Shown: in pieces, positions 27,881-37,537 of the stretch
Layout of the letters: each line of letters opens with the position of its first letter
Numbering within the stretch: the first letter of the stretch is position 1
NCBI GenBank assembly: GCA_965649205.1
Contig: CBFGJV010000019.1
Coordinates: forward strand, 1 to 43,098
Length of the DNA: 43,098 nt
Source of the DNA: a candidate division WOR-3 bacterium
GTDB taxonomy: Bacteria; Hydrothermota; Tepidihabitantia; Tepidihabitantales; Tepidihabitantaceae
Reading direction: 5' to 3'
Notes under the pieces: model-generated
Told to the model about the DNA's origin: nothing
Database searches by the model: none
The model's input: the letters and a program-made list of their open reading frames with translations, nothing else
Made by a program: the position numbers and the translations under genes

Positions 27881-28986
27881 AGGAAGGTATTCCACAAGCA
27901 GATGATCAGTTCGGTTTGCAGCCGTCAGGCGACTTTGACTTTCAGTTGGCCCCTCCGCTTGACGAGATTCGTAACTACATGGAGGTGAGCTGGGTAAGAG
28001 GAAATACCATACGGGGAAGAATTCGGGAGCCCCTACAGGAGAACCTCTCCAGGTTGAAGACGTTTTTCTCCCGCCGGGGGCTGATAGCCTACTTTGCCAG
28101 CCATGGAGAAGAGCAGGAAATCGTTTATGGCCTTCCCGTGTCTGTTCCTCCGGCGAAAACATGGGTGAATCTCGTCCTCTTTCTAGCGACTATCCTCTCC
28201 ACGCTTCTGGTGGGTTCCATTCAGATGGGGCACAATCCTTTTCGTAATCCGCTTGAGCTGGTATTCGGTTTGCCTTTTTCTTTAAGTATAATTCTTATTC
28301 TGGGAAGTCACGAACTGGCACACTACCTCACTGCCCGCAGGCTGGGAGTAGACGCAACTCTCCCATACTTCTTCCCGGTGCCGCATCTGATGACCGGGAC
28401 AATGGGGGCTTTCATCAGAATGCGTTCCCCGGTACCCAGTCGAGGAGCTTTGGTCAGGGTGGGTGTGGCGGGACCGCTGGTAGGATTCATTGCTGCTTTG
28501 CCTGTTGCTCTCATCGGCTTGGCACATTCGCAGGTGGTGAGCACGGCTCAGGCCACAAGGGGTATCCAGCTGGGAACTCCGCTTATTTTCTGGTTGCTGT
28601 CGCGGCTATGGTTTGGTCGTTTGGGTCCGAAAGAGGATGTGATGCTTCATCCCGTAGCGTTTGCTGGCTGGCTGGGTTTTTTTGTGACCGCATTGAACCT
28701 TTTGCCTGCAGGTCAACTGGACGGTGGGCATGTGGCGTATGCGGTGTTTGTCCGCTTCCGGAAGTTTATAAACTGGGTTGTAATCGGTTTTCTCCTAGTC
28801 ATGGGTTTTTTCTGGCTGGGATGGCCTTTCTGGGCCATGATGATTGCTCTTTTTGGGCTGAGACATCCGCCGCCCCTGGATGATATTACACCGCTTAATC
28901 GAACCGAGAAGCTTCTGGCGTTGCTTGCGTTTGTTGTCTTCGTTCTGTGTTTTACGCCTTCGCCTTTCGGGCAGGCAAGGTTCTAG
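27874..28986 (+). CDS. Site-2 protease family (M50) membrane metalloprotease
   Basis: HELAH, AGPLVG, NLLPAGQLDGGH, several TM helices; ATG overlaps the hypE stop. Confidence 0.9.
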   Translation: MLKEGIPQADDQFGLQPSGDFDFQLAPPLDEIRNYMEVSWVRGNTIRGRIREPLQENLSRLKTFFSRRGLIAYFASHGEEQEIVYGLPVSVPPAKTWVNLVLFLATILSTLLVGSIQMGHNPFRNPLELVFGLPFSLSIILILGSHELAHYLTARRLGVDATLPYFFPVPHLMTGTMGAFIRMRSPVPSRGALVRVGVAGPLVGFIAALPVALIGLAHSQVVSTAQATRGIQLGTPLIFWLLSRLWFGRLGPKEDVMLHPVAFAGWLGFFVTALNLLPAGQLDGGHVAYAVFVRFRKFINWVVIGFLLVMGFFWLGWPFWAMMIALFGLRHPPPLDDITPLNRTEKLLALLAFVVFVLCFTPSPFGQARF

Positions 28987-29007
28987 TTTGGTTTTGATGC
29001 TGAACAG

Positions 29008-29664
29008 ATGCAAGCAAAGGTAGATTTCGCCAGAGCGAGAGAATTGATGGTGGAGCAGCAGATAAAAGCTAGGGGCGTTGCTGACCCTCGGGTGCTGGAA
29101 GCGATGCGAGTAACCGAACGGCATCTTTTCGTGCCTGAGGCTTTGTGGCATCAGGCATATGCCGACCATCCGTTGCCGGTTGGCTATGGTCAGACTATTT
29201 CACAGCCCTATATGGTGGCAGCAATGACAGAGGCGTTGGCAGTAGAGCCCGATCATCGGGTTCTGGAGATTGGCACAGGCTCAGGATACCAGACTGCCAT
29301 ACTTGCCCGCCTGGCGAAGGAGGTGTATACGGTGGAAATAGTGAGAGAACTTTCTCTTGCTGCCCGCCAGGTATTGCACAGGATGGGGTTTCGCAACATC
29401 AGATTCCGTATTGGCGATGGCAACGCGGGCTGGCCGGAGTTTGCGCCTTATGACCGTATTCTGGTTACGGCGGCGGCGGAGACAATGCCGCAGGCCTTGG
29501 TGGCCCAGCTGGCAGATAGAGGTAGAATAGTGGTGCCTATTGGCCAAGGTGTACAAACGCTCACCTTGGGAGTGAAATACGGAGACAGACTGGTGCAGAG
29601 AGGTCTGATGTCGTGTGTATTTGTACCGTTTGTCCAGCCTGCCGATCAGGACCAGAAGCGGTAA
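29008..29664 (+). CDS. pcm: Protein-L-isoaspartate O-methyltransferase
   Basis: RHLFVP, GQTISQPY, VLEIGTGSGYQ, APYDRILVTAA, FVP. Confidence 0.95.
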   Translation: MQAKVDFARARELMVEQQIKARGVADPRVLEAMRVTERHLFVPEALWHQAYADHPLPVGYGQTISQPYMVAAMTEALAVEPDHRVLEIGTGSGYQTAILARLAKEVYTVEIVRELSLAARQVLHRMGFRNIRFRIGDGNAGWPEFAPYDRILVTAAAETMPQALVAQLADRGRIVVPIGQGVQTLTLGVKYGDRLVQRGLMSCVFVPFVQPADQDQKR

Positions 29665-29666
29665 TG

Positions 29667-29694
29667 TTGACTGCACGAGGTTTTGGTTTATGAT
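29667..29694 (+). promoter_or_regulatory. Promoter for tRNA-Pro/hpt operon
   Basis: TTGACT, 16 bp, TATGAT. Confidence 0.72.
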
Positions 29695-29790
29695 TGACAG
29701 GCAGGAAAGAAAGGGGAGAACAAAACCCAGAGGGAAACAGAAAAGTTCTGGTTTCTGTTTGCCTTTCTTCTCTCCCATTCTTCTTGTACC

Positions 29791-29865
29791 CGGGGCGTAG
29801 CGCAGTTGGTTTAGCGCGCTTGGTTCGGGACCAAGAGGTCGCTGGTTCAAATCCAGTCGCCCCGA
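29791..29865 (+). tRNA. tRNA-Pro(CGG)
   Basis: Acceptor CGGGGCG/CGCCCCG, anticodon arm CTTGG-TTCGGGA-CCAAG, GTTCAAATCC; CCA not encoded. Confidence 0.97.
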
Positions 29866-29902
29866 TTCTGTGTTCTTTCCGGCAAACAATATGGAGTTGT
29901 CC

Positions 29903-30484
29903 ATGGCAGATAGAGAAGACAACCGGGTATATCCGCTCATAACCGAGAGGCGGCTCAAACGTAGAGTAGCGCAACTGGCGAAACAGATTTCCCGCGATTA
30001 TCAGGACAAGGAGCTTTTGGTGGTAGGTATTCTCAAAGGTTCCTGGATCTTTTTGGCTGATCTGGTACGCAAGCTCTCTGTGCCGGTCTATATTGACTTT
30101 ATGACTGTTTCCAGCTATGGGGCAAGCACCAAAACTTCTGGCGTGGTAAAGACGGTGATGGACCTGAAGTGCTCTATTGAGGGAAAGCACGTGCTTATCG
30201 TGGAGGACATATTGGACACCGGTCTTACTTTGCGTTACATACTCCGTATTCTCAAGTTGAGAAACCCGGCTAGCCTTAGACTTTGCGTGCTGTTGGATAA
30301 ACCTTCACGCCGGCAGGTAGAGATCCAGGCAGACTATACCGGTTTTGTGATTCCGGATCGGTTTGTTGTAGGATATGGTGCGGATGCGGCCGAACGGTTT
30401 CGTAACCTGCCTTATGTTGGATACATCACAGAGCAGAACACAGATGGTAAAAAGGTACGCAGAAGTAGGAGTGCTCATGGTTGA
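29903..30484 (+). CDS. hpt: Hypoxanthine phosphoribosyltransferase
   Basis: GILKGS, VSSYG, VLIVEDILDTGLTL, LLDKP, FVVGYG, RNLPY; start at ATG 29903 after GGAG. Confidence 0.94.
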   Translation: MADREDNRVYPLITERRLKRRVAQLAKQISRDYQDKELLVVGILKGSWIFLADLVRKLSVPVYIDFMTVSSYGASTKTSGVVKTVMDLKCSIEGKHVLIVEDILDTGLTLRYILRILKLRNPASLRLCVLLDKPSRRQVEIQADYTGFVIPDRFVVGYGADAAERFRNLPYVGYITEQNTDGKKVRRSRSAHG

Positions 30485-32219
30485 GAAAACGGACGTCGAA
30501 GGGAAAAGATTGCAGGCACTGATCGCGGTTGCGCGAGGAGATGAACCTGCCGACCTTATTTTGCGCGGGGGGCAAGTGGTAGATGTGTTCACCGGCGAAA
30601 TACGGCGTGCGGACGTGGCAGTCAAAAATGGCTTGATCGCAGGGGTAGGGCTGGGGTACGACAAGGGGAAGGTTCTGGATGTGGCGGGGAGTTATGTGGC
30701 GCCCGGATTCATCGACGGTCACATTCACATTGAGAGTTCTCTATTACCTCCGGCTGAGTTCTGCCGGTTGTGTCTGTGTCATGGAACAACGGCGGTTGTC
30801 GCAGACCCGCATGAGATTGCCAACGTGCTAGGTGTCAGAGGCGTGGAATATCTATTGCGGGCAACTGAGGGGATGCCGATGGATGTCTTCATTACCGTGC
30901 CCTCCTGTGTGCCGGCGACGGCAATGGAAACATCTGGGGCTACCTTCACTTGGCAGGATATCTCGCGTCTTCTGGCGCGGGAGCGGGTTGTGGGTTTGGC
31001 GGAAATGATGAATTATCCTGGCGTAATATTTGGCGATCGGCAGGTGATAGCTAAATTGATGGCGGCAAGAAGGTCTGGAAAGGTGGTTGACGGCCACGCG
31101 CCCGCCCTGGTCGAGCGCTGGCTGCAGGCCTATGCTGCTGCGGGTGTTGGTTCAGATCATGAGTGTGTAGGTCGGGAAGAAGCGCGGGAGAAATTACGAG
31201 CCGGTATGCGTCTTTTTGTTCGTGAAGGTTCGGCGGCCAGGAACTTGGCTGGTTTGGCCGGGGTGGTGAATGAGTTCAATCTAAGGCGTTGTTGTTTGGT
31301 GACGGACGACAAGCACCCCGAAGAGCTGCTGCACGAGGGTCATTTGGATGCGACTTTGCGCAAAGCGGTTACTCAGGGCATCAGTCCGGTGGCAGCGGTG
31401 CAGATGGTTACTCTGAATCCGGCAGAATATTTCGGGCTAGGACGTCGAGGGGCGGTGGCGGCGGGCTGGCAAGCTGACTTGGTGGTGTTGGAGGATTTAA
31501 GTCGTTTCAAGGTGCACTGGGTGTTGAAAGCTGGCAAGCCAGTTGTTCGCAATGGGCAACTGCTGGTTAACCTGCCGGTTTGTAGGGATAAAACCGTGCT
31601 TGATACGGTACGCACGGGTGCCTTGCGCATAAAGGACTTTGCCATCAAGGCTGAGGGTGAAACCTGCCGGGTTATACGCGTAGTGCCCGATCAGATAGTT
31701 ACCGAGCAACGTCTGGTACAGCCCAAGATTGTGGGTGGCTATGTTGAGCCGGACCCAGAGAGAGATATTCTGAAGCTAGCAGTTATTGAGCGTCACAAGA
31801 AGACTGGACGCATCGGTTTGGGACTGGTCAGCGGATTTGGGTTAAAGCACGGGGCCTTGGGTACAACGGTAGCCCACGATTCGCACAATATGATTATCGT
31901 GGGAACCAATGACCAGGATATGCTGGTGTGTGCCAGAGAGCTGAAGAAAATAGGGGGCGGGTACGTTGCAGCAGCAAAAGGCAAGGTGAGTGCCAAGCTG
32001 GCTTTGCCGATTGCCGGTCTGATGGCAAACGAGAGGGCTGAGCAGGTAGCAGCTCAACTGGCAGTTCTTCTGGAAAAGGCGCGTGTGTGGGGTTGTCGAC
32101 TGGAGAACCCGTTCATTACTCTGTCATTTCTGGCATTGCCGGTGATTCCGGAATTGAAGCTTACTGATCATGGTCTAGTAGATGTCACTCAGTTCAAAGT
32201 TGTCAATCTCTTCGCATAG
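30477..32219 (+). CDS. ade: Adenine deaminase
   Basis: PGFIDGHIHIESS, DPHEIANVLG, EMMNYP, DGHAP, DHE, TDD, AHDSHN, LPVIPELK; RBS AGGAG. Confidence 0.95.
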   Translation: MVEKTDVEGKRLQALIAVARGDEPADLILRGGQVVDVFTGEIRRADVAVKNGLIAGVGLGYDKGKVLDVAGSYVAPGFIDGHIHIESSLLPPAEFCRLCLCHGTTAVVADPHEIANVLGVRGVEYLLRATEGMPMDVFITVPSCVPATAMETSGATFTWQDISRLLARERVVGLAEMMNYPGVIFGDRQVIAKLMAARRSGKVVDGHAPALVERWLQAYAAAGVGSDHECVGREEAREKLRAGMRLFVREGSAARNLAGLAGVVNEFNLRRCCLVTDDKHPEELLHEGHLDATLRKAVTQGISPVAAVQMVTLNPAEYFGLGRRGAVAAGWQADLVVLEDLSRFKVHWVLKAGKPVVRNGQLLVNLPVCRDKTVLDTVRTGALRIKDFAIKAEGETCRVIRVVPDQIVTEQRLVQPKIVGGYVEPDPERDILKLAVIERHKKTGRIGLGLVSGFGLKHGALGTTVAHDSHNMIIVGTNDQDMLVCARELKKIGGGYVAAAKGKVSAKLALPIAGLMANERAEQVAAQLAVLLEKARVWGCRLENPFITLSFLALPVIPELKLTDHGLVDVTQFKVVNLFA

Positions 32220-32688
32220 GAATTTTGCTACCCGGTTCTGGATTGGCGTTATTGGCGCTGGCGAGTGCGATGCAAGACTGGCGGAAATTGCCGAACAGGT
32301 GGGAAGAAAGATTGCTGAGGCTGGCGCGGTGCTGGTATGCGGGGGAATGGGAGGAGTGATGGAAGCTGCCTGTCGCGGCGCGAAATCGGTGGGCGGTCTG
32401 ACTGTAGGGATTCTTCCGGGGACGGACCGGCATCAGGCGAATGCCTATGTGGATGTGACTGTCGCTACGGGACTGGGGGAGGCAAGAAACCTGGCTATAA
32501 TAGCCACCGCAGATGTTTTGATTGCTGTGGGTGGGTCTTACGGCACACTTTCAGAAATTGGTTTTGCGCTCAAGCGCGGTAGAAAAGTCATCGGGCTGGG
32601 TACTTGGGAAATACCGGGCATTATCAGAGCAGCGGACCCGGCAGAAGCATTGCGCCTAGTACTTAGCCAGATGGGTGAAAGGCAGTAA
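32182..32688 (+). CDS. TIGR00725 / LOG-like (SLOG) family protein
   Basis: IGVIG, LVCGGMGGVMEAA, VGILPG, TGLGEARN, GGSYGTLSEI; start uncertain. Confidence 0.85.
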   Translation: MSLSSKLSISSHRNFATRFWIGVIGAGECDARLAEIAEQVGRKIAEAGAVLVCGGMGGVMEAACRGAKSVGGLTVGILPGTDRHQANAYVDVTVATGLGEARNLAIIATADVLIAVGGSYGTLSEIGFALKRGRKVIGLGTWEIPGIIRAADPAEALRLVLSQMGERQ

Positions 32689-32704
32689 TCTTTTAGGAGG
32701 AGTA

Positions 32705-34198
32705 ATGTCCAAACAGTACCTGAATTTCATAGGCGGCAAGTATGTGCCGGCCCGGTCAGGCAAAACCTACGAGAATCGCAATCCGGCGAATACAGATGAC
32801 CTGATAGGAATTTTTCCGGCCTCTGATCAGTCGGATGTAGCTGATGCTGTGGCTGCGGCCCGTGCCGCTTACCCTGCTTGGAGGCAGATGCCGGCTCCCC
32901 GACGTGGCGAAATAATGCGCCGGGCCACAGAAAAATTGATTGCGCGCAAGGAAGAGTTTGCACGCATCATGACCAGAGAGATGGGGAAAGTTCTGAAGGA
33001 GACGCGCGGAGATGTGCAGGAGGCGATTGACACCGGTCTTTACGCAGCTGGCGAGGGGCGGAGGCTGTGGGGTAAGGTAGTGCCCTCGGAGTTACCCAAC
33101 AAGATGGCCTATGTCACACGGCAACCGATGGGAGTGTGGGGTATGATTTGTCCTTGGAACTTCCCTATGGCCATTCCTTCGTGGAAATTGTTCCCGGCCC
33201 TGGTTTGTGGTAATACCGCCGTCATTAAGCCGGCCACGCTTACCCCAGCTTCAGTTCACAATTTTGTGGAGTGTTTGGCAGAGGCTGGAGTACCAGATGG
33301 AGTTGTGAATGTCGTCTATGGAAGCGGGGCGGCGGTTGGTGAGGCTTTGCTTGAGCACCCGGATGTATGCGGCATATCGTTTACTGGTTCTTCAGAGGTG
33401 GGTAGACGTATTGCTGAGGTTTGCGGCCGTAAGCTCAAACGCTGCTCTCTTGAGCTGGGCGGTAAGAATGCGCAGATAGTTCTAGACGACGCAGACCTGG
33501 ATTTGGCGCTGGAAGGAGTACTCTGGGGCGCGTTTGGTACTACCGGCCAGCGCTGTACGGCTACTTCCCGCCTTATTGTGCAGGCTGGAGTTTACGAGCG
33601 AATGTTGGATATGGTTGTGGAGCGTGCTTCCTGGCTGAAGGTCGGGAATGGTTTGGATGAGACGGTGGAGATGGGGCCTTGCGTTTCAGAGGCGCAGCGG
33701 CGTACGGTACATTCCTATGTAGAAATAGGAAAAGAAGAGGGGGCCAGGTTGGTGTGTGGTGGAGAACCCCTGACCGGCGGAGTCTACGACAAAGGATTCT
33801 TCTATCGGCCGACCGTCTTTGCAGACGTTACTCCCCAGATGCGTATCGCTCGCGAAGAGATATTCGGGCCAGTGCTGGCGGTAATTAAGGTCAGAGATTT
33901 TGAAGAAGCGGTGCGGGTGCTGAACGACACACCCTATGGTTTATCGTCTTCTATCTATACCCGGAATGTGAACCTGGCTATGAAGGCTATCGAGCAGATT
34001 GAAGCCGGTATTACCTATGTCAATGCTCCGACTATCGGAGCTGAGTGCCATTTGCCTTTTGGGGGCGTAAAAGATACCGGTAATGGTCATAGAGAAGGTG
34101 GCTGGACCGCCTACGATATATTCTCGGAGCCCAAGACGGTCTACATTGACTATTCCGGGGCGCTGCAGAAGGCCCAGATAGACAATGCCGAATATTAA
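32705..34198 (+). CDS. NAD(P)-dependent aldehyde dehydrogenase (possibly aminoadipate-semialdehyde type)
   Basis: [40 protein letters not shown]. Confidence 0.92.
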   Translation: MSKQYLNFIGGKYVPARSGKTYENRNPANTDDLIGIFPASDQSDVADAVAAARAAYPAWRQMPAPRRGEIMRRATEKLIARKEEFARIMTREMGKVLKETRGDVQEAIDTGLYAAGEGRRLWGKVVPSELPNKMAYVTRQPMGVWGMICPWNFPMAIPSWKLFPALVCGNTAVIKPATLTPASVHNFVECLAEAGVPDGVVNVVYGSGAAVGEALLEHPDVCGISFTGSSEVGRRIAEVCGRKLKRCSLELGGKNAQIVLDDADLDLALEGVLWGAFGTTGQRCTATSRLIVQAGVYERMLDMVVERASWLKVGNGLDETVEMGPCVSEAQRRTVHSYVEIGKEEGARLVCGGEPLTGGVYDKGFFYRPTVFADVTPQMRIAREEIFGPVLAVIKVRDFEEAVRVLNDTPYGLSSSIYTRNVNLAMKAIEQIEAGITYVNAPTIGAECHLPFGGVKDTGNGHREGGWTAYDIFSEPKTVYIDYSGALQKAQIDNAEY

Positions 34199-34205
34199 AC
34201 CAAAT

Positions 34206-34850
34206 TTACTTGATGAGGCCTAGCCAATCTCCTAACAAGAACTGCAGTCTGCCGATAAAAAGGGAAATGCGGGCCATCACCGTGTAGCCGAAGGAAGCAC
34301 CGAATCCTACCATCACGAAGATGATGCCGATGTAGCTGGCTGGTTTCAGTAGTCCCTTGCGTTCTGTGGAAAAGAAGAAGTAGGCGATAGTACAGACTAC
34401 GCCCAGAAGAATAAGGACAGCCCAGAGGCCGTCCTGCCAATTGGCAAAACTCGCGCGAGTGACGATAGTGGCTTTGGCCTGTTCAATGATACCGGCCTCA
34501 ATTGAGCGCAGAAGAGACATTCCTGAACCATATCCTAGGAAAAGGGCTATGGGTATACGTACCAGCCAGGATATTCTAGGAATGAACCTAGTAAAATACA
34601 GCGCACCTATTATGGCCACGAGGATGAGCCATAGTTTCTGACCTTGGCTTATCGGCGTTATTAGACTTGGCACCAGCACTCGGTGCCAAGTGAAGGTAAT
34701 GGCGTATCCGTTGGAAAGGCCTACGAATAGATGCTCGGCTGCCCGATAAAAAGGGTTCTCCCGATAAAGAAAGGAGAAAGCAGCCAAAGTGAGTAAGGCG
34801 GCAATCCATATCCAGAAGCCGTCCGGACTTAAGGGATTGGCGACGTTCAT
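34206..34850 (-). CDS. Polytopic membrane protein of unknown function (gene 4 of DUF6754-type cluster)
   Basis: About 6 hydrophobic helices, SFLYRENPFYRAAEH, FGASFG; overlaps the upstream gene. Confidence 0.82.
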   Translation of the reverse strand: MNVANPLSPDGFWIWIAALLTLAAFSFLYRENPFYRAAEHLFVGLSNGYAITFTWHRVLVPSLITPISQGQKLWLILVAIIGALYFTRFIPRISWLVRIPIALFLGYGSGMSLLRSIEAGIIEQAKATIVTRASFANWQDGLWAVLILLGVVCTIAYFFFSTERKGLLKPASYIGIIFVMVGFGASFGYTVMARISLFIGRLQFLLGDWLGLIK

Positions 34851-35728
34851 CGTTTCCTCCTGCGGGTGATAAAGTAGGCAACATTACCGATAATGATGAA
34901 ACCTATGATGGTCAGATGAGCTGCGGTCTGGCTGGACATTGCTTCAGTGCCCCGGTTACGGGTGCGCCAGTGCATGCCAAGACTGGCCATCTTTTCCTTC
35001 ACCAGTTCTTCGTATTCTGCTGCTCCGCGCATGCCCGCGAGCATACCGGTGAACTGACCAGAGTTCAGGTAGGTGTAGTAGTCTGCAGCGGACACAGCCG
35101 TTGTACCGCAACCGACGCGTAGGCCGAACTGAGTTTGGGCATACGAAACCCAGAAGAGTGGCATACCAGAGCCAGCTATGGACACCAGAATCCCTACATC
35201 GTCGTAGTTTTTCACATGACGAGTCATAGGCAGAGATTCGGTAGGTACGCCATAGTAATCAACCGGATAAACATTAGTTATTCTCTCTCCCATGCCTATG
35301 ACCATGGTGAGCAGGGGCGTGGTCCATCCCCAGAAAATAAAATCTTCGCCGCTGATGATGGAGTCGTCGTGAGAAGTGGCAAGGGAGTCAAACTCACGTT
35401 TGGCTTCGCGGATGGCGTCTTCACCGAGTCCTAGTCCATACACATTGGTAGCCACAATACCTACCATTTTGCGAGTAGCAAAAGCATGACGGAGCAGGGC
35501 AATAGTCATAGGGTGGAGTTCTGCCTGCGTATCGGGCGAGTAGTCAATGGAGATGACAAGCGCCTTGTTCTCAGGCATGGTGTCGATATAGTTGAAGAGT
35601 CTCTGTGTGGGAGGAGAGGCGGCCGGTTTGATCGGAAAAGGTTTGACAAGTGGAATCATTACGACGAGCCATATAATTAGATATATCCAGCGGCGGTCTA
35701 TGCGCTGAAGTTTGTCCCAGAAGTTCAT
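34847..35728 (-). CDS. Membrane-anchored protein of unknown function (gene 3 of cluster)
   Basis: N-terminal TM (DRRWIYL), soluble alpha/beta region, SGQ...GAAEYE, C-terminal TM; ATGA overlaps. Confidence 0.82.
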   Translation of the reverse strand: MNFWDKLQRIDRRWIYLIIWLVVMIPLVKPFPIKPAASPPTQRLFNYIDTMPENKALVISIDYSPDTQAELHPMTIALLRHAFATRKMVGIVATNVYGLGLGEDAIREAKREFDSLATSHDDSIISGEDFIFWGWTTPLLTMVIGMGERITNVYPVDYYGVPTESLPMTRHVKNYDDVGILVSIAGSGMPLFWVSYAQTQFGLRVGCGTTAVSAADYYTYLNSGQFTGMLAGMRGAAEYEELVKEKMASLGMHWRTRNRGTEAMSSQTAAHLTIIGFIIIGNVAYFITRRRKR

Positions 35729-36393
35729 TCTTCACCTCCTCCCAGCCAGCCTCGTTCAATACCCAAAATAATTTTTAGGGAAGTGGCCAATATACCCAGA
35801 CTGACGCCGAAGCCGATGCCGCGTTTGGCCGCGGTATTGGGTACAGCCAAAATCCACTCGGCGAAAGCTGGCACTGGTTTAGCTAGTACACGGGTGAGAG
35901 GAACAGCACCTAGCATCAATATGAAGGCGGCGATTAGCAGGAGCGTGGCTTCGAAGTTTCGGGCGCGGAAGGCTCGATATGCGGCAGAAGCCATGAAAAA
36001 GGCCAGAAGGGCAAACATGGTAGCCCCAAGCGGAACGATGACACTAGTGTAAAGGGTTTGTATATGGAACGAAAACTTACCTACCTGCGTGGGAAGGATT
36101 CCCGGTCTGGCCGGGTCGATGCCGCCAAAGAGACCAACTAGGGCACCAACTATGAGGGAAATAATAGTGATCCAGCTGTAAGGCCAATGAGGGGCTTTGC
36201 GCTTTATCTTCAGCAGGTGGTGACGGAGAATGGAGCCGATGCCCAGCACCAGGCTGAATGCCCCGATAATACGCAGAATGTCGTTGCGCATAACAGCATC
36301 TGTGTTTTGAACTATGGGGTGGGGAATTATGTAGGTGAGTACGCCGAAGATACCGGTAATGAGTACAATGAGGAGAGGGAGTTTTCTTTTCAT
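35725..36393 (-). CDS. Polytopic membrane protein of unknown function (gene 2 of cluster)
   Basis: About 6 hydrophobic helices, FALLAFFMASAAYRAFR, PNTAAKRGI; RBS GGAGG. Confidence 0.82.
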   Translation of the reverse strand: MKRKLPLLIVLITGIFGVLTYIIPHPIVQNTDAVMRNDILRIIGAFSLVLGIGSILRHHLLKIKRKAPHWPYSWITIISLIVGALVGLFGGIDPARPGILPTQVGKFSFHIQTLYTSVIVPLGATMFALLAFFMASAAYRAFRARNFEATLLLIAAFILMLGAVPLTRVLAKPVPAFAEWILAVPNTAAKRGIGFGVSLGILATSLKIILGIERGWLGGGEE

Positions 36394-36402
36394 CTGTCCT
36401 CC

Positions 36403-37491
36403 TTAGAGTATATTGGTTATGCGTACGTTGAAAGCCAGTGCCAGGAGAGTGCCGCCTAGGATTAGCGCCAGGATGATAAGCTTATTGTAATCCTGAGCTC
36501 TCACGGCACCCAGACGAAGAGGTTCGCGGGAGATATAGGCGGAAGCAGCGTAGAGCTCTTCGCCAATGAGAGTATAGTCGCAGGCGGTTATGAAGAAGGG
36601 TAGTTGGGAAATAGCGTCTGTGCCGGCAATCTGTACTGCTCCGGATATGGCGCCGGTCTCAGCCAGTATCAGTGATTCGGCCCAGAACATGCCTATGAGG
36701 AAGTTGGTCGCCGGTTTTTCTCTAATCATGATGCCATCTACGGCTGCGGCGAAGGCAAACTGCTGGTCGGTCAGATAGAATACCATGTCCTGATTAAATG
36801 CATCGGGGCGGCCGGCCGCAGAGTAGGATTCCTTTACTACTTCTCGGGCAACGGTGTACACAATTGGGTCCCGTGTGGGTACAATCAAGGGCGTGCCGAA
36901 TTTTGCTGTTTTCTTTGCTACCTCGCCTAGAATGCTCAAAGAGGCTATAGTGGCTACATCGTCCACGGAAGAAAGTCCGGGAACGTAGAGCGTAGCCCGT
37001 CCCATTTCTGTGGCCCTTCCTAAAGCCTCTTCCACTGCGTCGAGGCCGGCGATACGGCGAATGAACATCTGGGTACCCCGTTTGGCGCGTTCGAAGAAAA
37101 CGAGAAAGATGGAAAAAATGATGACTGCGCCGATCAAGGCCGGAATACGTTTGGTATTGAACCATTGAGCTGAGGCAAAAGCCAGGTTGGATGGCTCTGA
37201 TTCTATCTGCAGACTGTCGTCTTGGACTATCAGTTTATAACGGAAGCGCCGACCATTCGGAGCCCGGTCATCCACGTAGCGGCTGGACAGCCGACCTACA
37301 AAACCCAGCGTATCCCATTGTTCTGCATCTGCAGCTTGTCTCAGAATGTGATAGCCAATAATCCCTGGGTCAGGTGAACGGGTCCAGGTCACCACTATCT
37401 TCCCTCCTTCGTCATTGGGAGCGTCACGGGCAACGAGATTCGTAGGAGGGGTCAGATTGGGCAGGAACAGAATTAGAAAGATGGTATTCAT
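36403..37491 (-). CDS. Fibronectin type III + DUF6754-like membrane protein (gene 1 of cluster)
   Basis: FN3 (PPTNL..DAPNDEG..W..GY..Y.D..Y.Y), TM, IRRIAGLDAVEEALGRATEMGR, QLPFF..CDYTLIGEELYAA; ATG 37491 after AGGAG. DUF number is from recall. Confidence 0.82.
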   Translation of the reverse strand: MNTIFLILFLPNLTPPTNLVARDAPNDEGGKIVVTWTRSPDPGIIGYHILRQAADAEQWDTLGFVGRLSSRYVDDRAPNGRRFRYKLIVQDDSLQIESEPSNLAFASAQWFNTKRIPALIGAVIIFSIFLVFFERAKRGTQMFIRRIAGLDAVEEALGRATEMGRATLYVPGLSSVDDVATIASLSILGEVAKKTAKFGTPLIVPTRDPIVYTVAREVVKESYSAAGRPDAFNQDMVFYLTDQQFAFAAAVDGIMIREKPATNFLIGMFWAESLILAETGAISGAVQIAGTDAISQLPFFITACDYTLIGEELYAASAYISREPLRLGAVRAQDYNKLIILALILGGTLLALAFNVRITNIL

Positions 37492-37537
37492 TACTTCTCT
37501 CCTAGAGATTCTTGTCTTGGCTTCCAGCCAAAAGGGC

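Noticed and set aside
29694..29942. ORFs spanning the tRNA-Pro region
   Set aside because: They overlap the tRNA and the hairpin leader; not credible proteins
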